This document shows, piece after piece, positions 44,321 to 51,910 of a stretch of 51,910 nucleotides of DNA (position 1 is its first letter; each line of letters opens with the position of its first letter). Position numbers and translations under genes: made by a program. The stretch covers positions 1-51,910 of the forward strand of contig SHLQ01000002.1 of NCBI GenBank assembly GCA_004282895.1, given 5' to 3'. The notes under the pieces were generated by a model. That model worked only from the letters and a program-made list of their open reading frames with translations. It had not been told where the DNA came from and did not search any database. The DNA is from Acidimicrobiales bacterium (GTDB taxonomy: Bacteria; Actinomycetota; Acidimicrobiia; Acidimicrobiales; SHLQ01).

Positions 44321-45120
44321 TGAGCGGACCGGAGCGGGAACCTAGCCGACCGGATTACACGTGCACCCGCCAATCTCGACTCAATCGAGGTTGCCAGGCA
44401 GCCAAAGCCGTACTGGACACTGCGGCGGAAGTTGATCGACGATGCGTCGGTCGCGTAACGCGTCGGACAGCTCACCTCAGCGATCTTGAATCCGGACCAC
44501 AGAGTTTGCGCAAGCATCTGGTTGTCGAACACAAATCCGTCGGAGTTGGCATCGAGGGGCAGCTCCTCCAACAGCTCACGGGAGAAGGCACGATAGCCCG
44601 TGTGATACTCAGACAGTTTTGCTCCCAGGATCATGTTCTGGGCAAGTGTGAGGAACCGGTTGGCGACATAGCGCCATATCGGCATACCTCCATGGCGGGC
44701 ATGACCGCCGAGGATGCGTGAACCCAGCACACAGTCGTAGAGCCCCGACTCGATCATTGTGACCATGGCGGGGAGGATTTTCGGGGTGTACTGGTAGTCC
44801 GGGTGCACCATGACGACGATGTCCGCCCCGTGTTCCAACGCTGTCTCGTAGCAGGTCTTCTGGTTGCCGCCGTAGCCTCGGTTTTCTGGGTGTCGGATAA
44901 CGGTCGTTCGCTCCAGTCCAGCCGCGATCGTCGCGGTGCGGTCGCTGCTTGAGTCGTCGACCAGGATGACGGCATCGACACAGTCGTGTGCCACCACCTC
45001 GGAGTGGGTTTTCCTGACGGTGTGTTCTGCGTTGTAGGCGGGCATTACAACGACCACACGCTTCCGCTCGGGTTTGCGGAACGGTTCACCGTCGAAGTCG
45101 TGGATGGCGCGGACGCTCAT
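44317..45120 (-). CDS. Family 2 glycosyltransferase, soluble polyprenyl-phosphate sugar synthase-like (Ppm1/DPM1/ArnC-like)
   Basis: VVVVMPAYNAEHTV, ILVDDSSSDRT, NRGYGGNQKTCY and VMVHPDYQYTP form a classic GT2 (GT-A) core. There are no TM segments. Confidence 0.85.
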   Translation of the reverse strand: MSVRAIHDFDGEPFRKPERKRVVVVMPAYNAEHTVRKTHSEVVAHDCVDAVILVDDSSSDRTATIAAGLERTTVIRHPENRGYGGNQKTCYETALEHGADIVVMVHPDYQYTPKILPAMVTMIESGLYDCVLGSRILGGHARHGGMPIWRYVANRFLTLAQNMILGAKLSEYHTGYRAFSRELLEELPLDANSDGFVFDNQMLAQTLWSGFKIAEVSCPTRYATDASSINFRRSVQYGFGCLATSIESRLAGARVIRSARFPLRSAQ

Positions 45121-46094
45121 CGGATCGCCGGGTTCGTTTCAGACTTAACGAAGACGAGTTCCATTGTCCCGCCGCGCCGGGCCAACGACTCGACCGAAGC
45201 GAGCAGCGCGAAGACGGGGTATGTGACCACAAACAGGGCCTTCTGCAGCGTCAATGAGACTCGGCTGTGTCGACGCGTGACGTCGATGTTTCCTTTCAGA
45301 CTCTCGTAAAGCACGTCTCGTTCACTCAAGACGGCGTTGAGCAGGCTTTGAAGTATCCCGAACGGGTTTTGCTCGAGAGAGAAAAACGAGGTTGATTCGT
45401 GTCGGAAGCCCAGGCTCTCGACTTCTGCGGTGAGCGTGTCTGGTCCGAGGTAGAACAGGTGTCGGGGAGGATCGTGATGCAACCAGTTGCCCTCGAACAC
45501 CCGGCTTTGCCAACTGTCGACGTTCGGGAGTGACATGAGCAGTCGGCCCCCCGGCGCGAGCATGTCAGCGACGATCTCCAGGGTTTTGCGGGGCTCCACC
45601 AGATGTTCGAACACGTGCCACATTGTCACTGCGTCGAATTGCTGGCCGGCGTAGTGGCCGTCCTCAAGTGTTCCAACATGGACCGTTATGTTTGGAACTT
45701 CTTTGGCGCGCTGAGCAGAGCCTCCGGGAAGCTCGATCCCGTGGGCCTCGTAGCCGCGATCGGCGAGTGCCTTGAGGAAGCCACCGTTCCCGCATCCGAT
45801 ATCGAGCACGCGCCCACCAGGATTCACCGTTCTTGCAACACGACGAGACCGGCTGGAACGAAAGACGTCGATGACGCGTTCAATAGGTGCAATGAACTTG
45901 CGGGTGGTCGTGCCGTAGTACTCATCGCTGTACGCCGCGGACAGTTCAGCGCCGGTCGGGCGTGGCGCCAGAAACACCGCGTCACAGCTGTTGCAGAACC
46001 GAAAGCTGTACTCGTCGCCAGCAATGGAAGAAGTTGCGTACAGATATGAGCTGTCGTCACGCCCGCAGTACCCGCAGCTCGAGTTTCCCATCAT
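45117..46094 (-). CDS. Class I SAM-dependent methyltransferase with an N-terminal Cys4 zinc-ribbon
   Basis: CGYCGR...CNSCDAVF, then motif I VLDIGCGNGGFLKAL and FDAVTMWHVFEHL (Methyltransf_11/23-like). ATGA overlaps occur at both ends. Confidence 0.8.
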   Translation of the reverse strand: MMGNSSCGYCGRDDSSYLYATSSIAGDEYSFRFCNSCDAVFLAPRPTGAELSAAYSDEYYGTTTRKFIAPIERVIDVFRSSRSRRVARTVNPGGRVLDIGCGNGGFLKALADRGYEAHGIELPGGSAQRAKEVPNITVHVGTLEDGHYAGQQFDAVTMWHVFEHLVEPRKTLEIVADMLAPGGRLLMSLPNVDSWQSRVFEGNWLHHDPPRHLFYLGPDTLTAEVESLGFRHESTSFFSLEQNPFGILQSLLNAVLSERDVLYESLKGNIDVTRRHSRVSLTLQKALFVVTYPVFALLASVESLARRGGTMELVFVKSETNPAIR

Positions 46095-47143
46095 GAGGGA
46101 AGTCCCAGTGTGGCTTGTAGCGGCTTCTGTCGAACCTTCCAGATGCGGCTGTCCACGATGTAGTGGTGGAAGTTGATCGTTTGATAGACGATGATCGGCG
46201 CGACGATTAGCGCCAGCGTGAGTTGGAGCGTCAGATAGATGACAGTCGATGCAGCAATCGACAAGGCGAAGTACAGGACGACGCGATCTCCTGAACTCAT
46301 CTGTTGAATAAACGTCGGCGTGCTCGCCTCAGCAGCGTGTCGGTTGTTGAAGTGCCATACGAAAGCCAGGTATTGAGCGTTGTGCCAGACATTGATAACC
46401 AGCCACCCATGGTCGATCTCGCCAATGAGCAGGTAGCCGGCCGCGAAGATCACGAGATGACTGGCGAAGAAGACGGTGTGCATCACCGGGAGAGTGCCGT
46501 TGCGCCACGCGATGAGGCGGGCAGCTGCGACACCGAGCATCGCCAAGATGGCGGATGCGCCAACGATCGTAACGAGCCAGCTCGGCACAGGGATCGTCTT
46601 GACCTCGACCCGCAGGAACTCGTCGGGACTCTGGTGGGAGCGATGCAGGATCCCCCACAGCGGCAACAGATAGAAGGCTGCAGCAAAGAGCCGTGGATTC
46701 TCTGGCAGTGGTCCGCCTGACTTCCGTTCGTACACCCGGGCGATGCCCCACGATTGCCGGGTGTAGTGGAACCACTGCCAGTACAGATAGACCGTCGTGA
46801 GGGCCCAGAAGCCAACACCAAGCCCGACTGCCAGTACCGCAACAAGGACGGCTATTGGTAGCCGGGTGATGAGTCCGAGGTGCTCGCGAACGCTGTCACG
46901 ATCGGCTCCCAGGCGACTGTACGTTGCGACAACGTGGTGGAATCCCAACAGCCATATGTCGAGCGCAAGAACCAGAAGAAAGAGGTCCGGGCGTGCCAGT
47001 ACGATTGCACCCGAGACCGCTGCAAGGGCCACAGGAACCGCAACAAACGACAGGTCGAATCGTCTGCTTCTGATCCACGGCGGCGCGGATTGAATGACAT
47101 TCATGCTCACACTTGCAACGGTAGGACTGGGCCGTGATTTCAC
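46091..47143 (-). CDS. Polytopic His-rich membrane protein of unknown family (first gene of the glycosylation operon)
   Basis: About 8-9 TM. Recurrent His motifs: LLGFHHVVATYSRL, WQWFHYTRQSWGI, HRSHQ, VWHNAQYLAFVWHFNNRH and NFHHYIVDSRIWKVR. Start is GTG 47143 or ATG 47104. I recognise no family. Confidence 0.6.
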   Translation of the reverse strand: MKSRPSPTVASVSMNVIQSAPPWIRSRRFDLSFVAVPVALAAVSGAIVLARPDLFLLVLALDIWLLGFHHVVATYSRLGADRDSVREHLGLITRLPIAVLVAVLAVGLGVGFWALTTVYLYWQWFHYTRQSWGIARVYERKSGGPLPENPRLFAAAFYLLPLWGILHRSHQSPDEFLRVEVKTIPVPSWLVTIVGASAILAMLGVAAARLIAWRNGTLPVMHTVFFASHLVIFAAGYLLIGEIDHGWLVINVWHNAQYLAFVWHFNNRHAAEASTPTFIQQMSSGDRVVLYFALSIAASTVIYLTLQLTLALIVAPIIVYQTINFHHYIVDSRIWKVRQKPLQATLGLPS

Positions 47144-47145
47144 GA

Positions 47146-47163
47146 ATCCCCAAAATTGGGGAT
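47146..47163. promoter_or_regulatory. 18-nt palindrome ATCCCCAA-AA-TTGGGGAT upstream of the four-gene operon (candidate operator)
   Basis: I checked 8+8 complementary positions by hand. It lies 3 nt upstream of GTG 47143 and 42 nt upstream of ATG 47104. Confidence 0.3.
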
Positions 47164-47252
47164 CCGACGTGTAGTCCGGTGGGTCTCATGATCACGCGGG
47201 TGGATTCATCCACTTCCCCATCGTCCCCGAAGGCCGGGAGCCGCGCACGGTT

Positions 47253-47873
47253 CTACTTCGGAAGCTTTGCTACTCCGTCTCCGGTGAGGTCGGCGCTGGC
47301 ATTGCGACGGTTGATGCCAATCAGAATTGACGCAGCCGGGCCGGACACGAGCGCACCCTCGCCCCACGACCAGTCCATGTCGGTCGCCTCCAAGCGGAGC
47401 CCTTCGATGTCCTTGGGGTCAACGTGGATCTTCCGTTGTTTGTGGGTGGTCACCCAATCGAGTGAGTAGCGAAGAACTTCCGGATCGACCGCACCGTCCA
47501 GTCCCAACCCGCGACGCACATCCTCGATGTGTACTGCCACGTCCATGATGGTCAGGCCAGACGAGAAGGTTGGGATCGGGGCGGTCTTCGAACCCTTGTC
47601 CCGCAACGCCTTCGATATGGCGGCCGGACCCATCGCCTTGTACTTCTCGGCGTTCGCGTTCCATGCCTTGTCGATGTTGAAGCCGGCCTTGGCCATGCTG
47701 AGCATCATCGCCGGCAGCGACAGCTCGACGAAGCTCACCAGGTGTCCGGCCACGTCGAGCGGCGTCCAGTTGGCGCACAGTGTCTTTCCGGCCAACTGCT
47801 CCTCCGACAGGCTGTCGAGCAGATCGGCAAAGTCGCCTCGCGCCTTTGCGGCAAGGTCCCAGCGGTCTTCCAT
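47253..47873 (-). CDS. Mycothiol-dependent maleylpyruvate isomerase N-terminal (DinB_2/MDMPI, TIGR03083-like) family protein
   Basis: The N-terminal segment FADLLDSLSEEQLAGKTLCANWTPLDVAGHL is characteristic of the actinobacterial TIGR03083 family. Length is 206 aa. Confidence 0.75.
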   Translation of the reverse strand: MEDRWDLAAKARGDFADLLDSLSEEQLAGKTLCANWTPLDVAGHLVSFVELSLPAMMLSMAKAGFNIDKAWNANAEKYKAMGPAAISKALRDKGSKTAPIPTFSSGLTIMDVAVHIEDVRRGLGLDGAVDPEVLRYSLDWVTTHKQRKIHVDPKDIEGLRLEATDMDWSWGEGALVSGPAASILIGINRRNASADLTGDGVAKLPK

Positions 47874-48004
47874 GTCATCCCCCTCGTTCGTGGATCTTTA
47901 CATCCCTGACGAACGGTCTACCCGAATTCGGACACCTTGGACACTTGCAGATGGGTGGCTCGCTACATTCGTATCTTCCCGATCGCCGGAACTAGTCTGC
48001 GCGG

Positions 48005-49186
48005 ATGCGTGGTTTGAGTGTTCCCGAGTCGGGCGAGGACTTCACCGCGGACCCGGTCGAGCTGTTCTTCGATCTGGCGTTCGTCTTTGCGTTCTCGCAG
48101 CTGGTTGCCCATCTCGTTCATCATCCGGACTGGACGGGTGCATGGGAGGCGGCCTTGTTGTTCGCCATCCTCTGGCTGGCGTGGTCGTGGTTCACGTGGG
48201 CGGCCAACGCGGTGCCGGGGAATCAGCGGCCGGTGCGTGCCATCTTCCTCGTCGCCACGGCCGTCACCGTGCCGATGGCGGCTTCGGTTGGCACCGCATT
48301 CGGGTCGGGCGGCCTGACCTTCGCCTTGTCTGGGGCCGCGATCATGTTGATGTCGATCGGACTGCAGATCCTGGCGCTCGACAACGACTCGGCCATGTTC
48401 CAGGCAGCGATGAAGTTGACGGCGCCGGTCCTGGTCTCGCTACTTCTCCTGGTGATCGGCGGGTTTGTTGACGGCGACGCGCGGGTCGCTCTGTGGGTCG
48501 CCATGGTGGTGATCACGCTGCTGGGCACGGTCGCCGCGGGGTCGGGGGAGTGGATCGTGCGAACCGGCCACTTCGCCGAACGTCACGGCCTGATTCTGAT
48601 CATTGCGCTCGGTGAGGTGATCGTCGCGATTGGCATCGCCGTCGTGCAGGGCCTGGACGAGGGCGGGCTGACGTCCACACTTCGCATCGCCATGACTGCG
48701 GCTGGCGTGTTTGCCGGGTTGTTGTGGTGGTCGTACTTCGATCGGGTGCTGCCCGCGCTGGAGCATCGTGGTGAGCAGGAGGAGACCGCGTCGCTGGGTC
48801 GGTATGCGCGAGATGTCTACACGTGGGCGCACGCGCCGATCATCGCCGGTGTGATCACCGCCGCGGCGGCGGTCGAGGAGATCCTGCTGCATCCGGGTGA
48901 TCCGTTGCACGCGGAATTCCGCTGGATGTTCGTCATTGGCGTCGGTCTGTACTTCGGTGGCATCGCCATCACCGTCTTTCGAGCGTGGCGAGCTCTGGCG
49001 TTCGAGCGACTGTGGGCGCTGGCGGTCATCGTGGTGTTGATGCTGGTGTCCGGCTCATGGGACGGGGTGTGGTTGTTGATCGCCGTAGACGTCACCCTGC
49101 TGGTTGCGCTGGTCCTTGAGAACGTCCGCGTGGAGTCACGAACCAGGGAACAAGCCGAGGAGTTCGCCGAGCAACTGGAGGCTTAG
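48005..49186 (+). CDS. Low-temperature-requirement A (LtrA) family membrane protein
   Basis: The N-terminal motif VELFFDLAFVFAFSQL and a polytopic body of about 390 aa fit the LtrA family. Confidence 0.8.
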   Translation: MRGLSVPESGEDFTADPVELFFDLAFVFAFSQLVAHLVHHPDWTGAWEAALLFAILWLAWSWFTWAANAVPGNQRPVRAIFLVATAVTVPMAASVGTAFGSGGLTFALSGAAIMLMSIGLQILALDNDSAMFQAAMKLTAPVLVSLLLLVIGGFVDGDARVALWVAMVVITLLGTVAAGSGEWIVRTGHFAERHGLILIIALGEVIVAIGIAVVQGLDEGGLTSTLRIAMTAAGVFAGLLWWSYFDRVLPALEHRGEQEETASLGRYARDVYTWAHAPIIAGVITAAAAVEEILLHPGDPLHAEFRWMFVIGVGLYFGGIAITVFRAWRALAFERLWALAVIVVLMLVSGSWDGVWLLIAVDVTLLVALVLENVRVESRTREQAEEFAEQLEA

Positions 49187-50337
49187 CTTCGGTTTTGGTT
49201 TAGCCGTTGGTGGCCTCTGGTGGCCAGTAGACCAGCGCCAATGAGTGCGGCGGCGACCACAAGCAACGGCAACGTTTCGCGACCCGTGAGAGGAAGGGTC
49301 GGCTCGGGTGCTGTCCAGACATAGATGCCATCTGCTGCCGTGGCGACCACGGTGGTGCCGATCGCGGCCACGTCATGGAAGTCGGCGCCGTCCACGCGAT
49401 GCTCGATCCACTCGATCCCGTCCGTTGAAACGAGAACCCGCTCGGGTCCGACACCTACGAACCCGAAATCGCTGGCGGTCATAGCGACGTCGCCATCGTC
49501 AATTCCCGCGTCCGTCCACGTCGTACCACCATCCATGGACACCCACAGGCCGCCAGTGCCCTTGCCAGCCAGAACGAGCGTCTCGCCGTCCGAGGTCAAC
49601 GACGCACTTCGAAGGGCTGCCTCATATCCCACCCATCGGGTGAAAGAGAACTCCGGTCCAGCGCCAGGCTTTCGGGGAGGTCCTTGCGCGTCCACCTCAC
49701 TCCAGACGACGCCGTCTGTTGACGTCAGGATCCCAAAATCGTCAGCGCCTACGGTGAGGGCCACCCAGCGGTCGTCGAGTTGCGCAGCGATGACGCTGAT
49801 GCAGCCGGAAGGAAGATCCGATGGCGCCCACTGACGTCCATCCGACGAGAAATGCGCCACGGACTCGCACTTCCGATCACCCGCCACAAGGAACCCACGA
49901 GGTCCGCTATTCACCTGCCAGAAGTTGAACCCACGTCCAACGCTAGCGTTTTCCCATTCGAGACCGTCGGAGGAGAACAGGACGGAGCCTTCCGGTTGAC
50001 GTAGTCCTTTGGTCACCACGAAGCCAGCATCGCTGGCGGCAAGGTCCCACACAATCACCGTCCCCTCTGCGTCCGTGACGGCTTGCCATTCGAGTCCATC
50101 AGCGGACCAGAATGCGAGATCGTCGAGGGCTCGAACCACAAAGCCCCTGCCCTCGCTGCTCGCGACTGCAGACCATCGTGGCATCGGCTCCTGAAGCCGA
50201 AGCTCCCATCCGGTGCCCAGATCGGGCGAAGTCGACTCCTGACCAGCGACAGCCGTTGCACCGATCATGAGCGCAACCAACGCCAGCGCCACTACCCGTA
50301 CCGGTTTCGATGCCCAGAGAGATCGCACCGCAACCAC
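49183..50337 (-). CDS. Cell-wall-anchored (LPXTG) beta-propeller protein with SxDGxxW (BNR/Asp-box-like) blades
   Basis: Signal peptide (VRVVALALVALMIGATAVAG). Blades: WSADGLEWQAV, FSSDGLEWENA, FSSDGRQWAPS, TSTDGVVWSEV, VSMDGGTTWTDA, VSTDGIEWIEH. The C-terminal LPLTG (49282..49296) is followed by a hydrophobic helix and an RGHQR tail. The start is uncertain (GTG 50337 or 50328). Confidence 0.7.
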   Translation of the reverse strand: MVAVRSLWASKPVRVVALALVALMIGATAVAGQESTSPDLGTGWELRLQEPMPRWSAVASSEGRGFVVRALDDLAFWSADGLEWQAVTDAEGTVIVWDLAASDAGFVVTKGLRQPEGSVLFSSDGLEWENASVGRGFNFWQVNSGPRGFLVAGDRKCESVAHFSSDGRQWAPSDLPSGCISVIAAQLDDRWVALTVGADDFGILTSTDGVVWSEVDAQGPPRKPGAGPEFSFTRWVGYEAALRSASLTSDGETLVLAGKGTGGLWVSMDGGTTWTDAGIDDGDVAMTASDFGFVGVGPERVLVSTDGIEWIEHRVDGADFHDVAAIGTTVVATAADGIYVWTAPEPTLPLTGRETLPLLVVAAALIGAGLLATRGHQRLNQNRS

Positions 50338-50451
50338 CTCCGTTGTTGACCTGTACTCACACCTTCCGCCTCAGTAGCCGGACTGGGGTAGAGGCGTAGG
50401 TCAGATTCGATGCTTTCGGTGAACAGCTGGACGCCTAGCGGGCGCGTTGAG

Positions 50452-51903
50452 CTATCGGAGGATGGTGCCGTCGGGGCGGCGGATTTCGATTGTGCCGTCG
50501 GACAGGCGGGTGACGGTGTAGCCGTTCTCTTTGTGGCGGTTGTGTTTGCCGCAGGCTGGGCCTGCATTGTGGGAGTTTGTGAGACCACCGCCTGGGTCGG
50601 GTGCGGCGGGGTCGTTGCTTCGGTCGCTGTGGGGTGTGAGGTGGTCGATTTGGCAGGAGGTGGCGGGGACGTGACATCCGGGCCAGTAGCACTCGTGGTT
50701 TTGCAGTTGCGCGGCGAGTCGGGCGTAGCCGGTGTAGAGCCGGCGGCGGCCGAGGTCGATGACGACGCTGTCGGCGCCGATCACCGCTCGGCGTAGATGC
50801 CCCAGCAGTGCGTGGGCAACAGCTGACCGGGGCGACAGGCGCGCCCCGTTGAGAGTGCGGCAGACGAAATCTTCTCGACGGGGATCGTCGTATCGAGCTT
50901 CGCTCGAACTGGCCTTTTGGCCTGCGGCCAAAACGCCAAGGGGGTCTCGTGGTTCAACGTCGGCGCCGAGCAACTTCAGGGTTTCGCGTTCGAATGTTTC
51001 GTTGTCGATGACAATGTCGGTGGTGATTGTTGGGCCGCCGTCGGCTTCGAGACCTTTGGCGGCGTAGATGTGGACTTTGGCGAACGCATCAGCGCGTCGT
51101 TGGGCGGCGGTGCGGGGCATGTGGGTGGGGTTGGCGTCGGGCCCGTGGTTGTCGAGGGCCCATTGCCAGTCGATGTCGAACTCGATCTTCTCGAACGCGT
51201 CGAAGATGTCTTTGGTGATCGCCCCGTCGTAGGCGGCACAGGATCCTTCCCATTCCCACTTGCCGTCGTCGTTTTGGGTCATGCGATGGTTGCGGTCTCG
51301 CTCGGCGCGGGCGTCTTTGGATTCGGCGCCGTCGTCATCGGCCAGGCGTTCCCAATTGGAGACGACCAAGTCGAAGAACTCGTACGTGTCGTTGAGGGCA
51401 TGCTCGGCAAACCACGCGTCGGCATCGATCGCGAGGTCTCGGATACGAGGGTTGGCGTAGGTTCGGCCCAGGCGTTTGACCATGCACGACGAAATCAGGC
51501 CGTCCTCGTACACGTTGCGAACCGTGGGAAGTGCGGCCAAAGCGCGCATGGTTTGGCGGCGGGCGTTTGCTTCGGCACTGGACAGTTTGCCCATGTGGGC
51601 GACCATTGTCTTGGCCGTGCCATGACCATCGATCGCGTGCACGCCGGTGCGATCGATGGACTCGAGCATGTGGTTTTGGGCGGCGTCGAGTTGGCGGCCC
51701 ATCGATTCGACCGACTCGATCAGCTCGAGCGCCGTGTGCACGTTTCGCGTGTCGAGGTTGGCGTTTCGCAGCTTGGCCACGCCGGCCTGAATCAAGACCA
51801 GCGCATCGAAGGCGTCACGATCGAGCAACGTGTCAGACGTTGTCCCCACCTCGAAATCGGCCACCAGCTCCATACGAAACACAATAGAGATGGGGTGTGA
51901 CAC
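50452..51903 (-). CDS. DUF222 + HNH endonuclease domain protein (mycobacterial REP13E12-type)
   Basis: A long helical DUF222-like N-terminal region precedes the C-terminal HNH motif CYWPGCHVPATSCQIDHLTPHSD...NAGPACGKHNRHKE. The ORF begins 8 nt from the window edge. Confidence 0.8.
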   Translation of the reverse strand: MSHPISIVFRMELVADFEVGTTSDTLLDRDAFDALVLIQAGVAKLRNANLDTRNVHTALELIESVESMGRQLDAAQNHMLESIDRTGVHAIDGHGTAKTMVAHMGKLSSAEANARRQTMRALAALPTVRNVYEDGLISSCMVKRLGRTYANPRIRDLAIDADAWFAEHALNDTYEFFDLVVSNWERLADDDGAESKDARAERDRNHRMTQNDDGKWEWEGSCAAYDGAITKDIFDAFEKIEFDIDWQWALDNHGPDANPTHMPRTAAQRRADAFAKVHIYAAKGLEADGGPTITTDIVIDNETFERETLKLLGADVEPRDPLGVLAAGQKASSSEARYDDPRREDFVCRTLNGARLSPRSAVAHALLGHLRRAVIGADSVVIDLGRRRLYTGYARLAAQLQNHECYWPGCHVPATSCQIDHLTPHSDRSNDPAAPDPGGGLTNSHNAGPACGKHNRHKENGYTVTRLSDGTIEIRRPDGTILR

Positions 51904-51910
51904 TCGGTCC

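Noticed and set aside
42530-47143. A lower-GC 'island' signature for the glycosylation operon, and for 13890..14450.
   Set aside because: Hand counts on three 60-nt lines in the operon gave about 58%, 58% and 62% GC. One line elsewhere gave about 63%. That difference is too small and too sparsely sampled to claim horizontal transfer. A sliding-window GC and codon-usage computation is needed.

Overview
This is a high-GC, densely coding chromosomal segment that looks actinobacterial. Supporting genes are a mycothiol-type DinB/MDMPI protein, an MMPL transporter, a DUF222-HNH '13E12-like' protein, an LPXTG substrate and a TCGAAC-N4-GTTCG-type LexA box. It may come from a marine or aquatic lineage, given an MttB-family methyltransferase, TauD, a cytoplasmic RdhA-like protein and very acidic, Thr-rich exported proteins. 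I call about 52 protein-coding genes with frequent strand switches. I found no rRNA, tRNA, CRISPR array, transposase or integrase. All family names come from motif recognition by eye, not from searches. Content is mostly accessory metabolism (three unrelated Fe(II)/2OG oxygenases, a D-amino-acid module, PQQ dehydrogenase), transport (MFS/TetR, an ABC exporter pair, MMPL, EamA, K+ channel), envelope and secreted proteins, and small regulatory modules (ECF sigma/anti-sigma, and a three-gene two-component module). The most interesting items follow. (1) A translationally coupled four-gene operon at 42530..47143: an unrecognised His-rich polytopic membrane protein, a Zn-ribbon SAM methyltransferase, a GT2 and a GT-C glycosyltransferase. 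This is my best candidate for an undescribed envelope-glycosylation system. (2) A composite palindromic repeat built on GGGGTCTGACCCC sits at exactly three convergent gene junctions, with a half-copy inside a CDS. (3) An orphan PycTM/DUF5706-like membrane protein has no cyclase partner. (4) A signal-less reductive-dehalogenase-like gene lies divergent from TauD. (5) A near-consensus LexA box lies in front of an AlkB-like dioxygenase. (6) An intramembrane-sensing kinase module has a coupled 3-TM accessory protein. (7) An MMPL transporter carries an extra TM helix, a poly-Thr linker and a C-terminal domain. (8) An apparently frame-disrupted membrane protein gene lies at 41866..42502.
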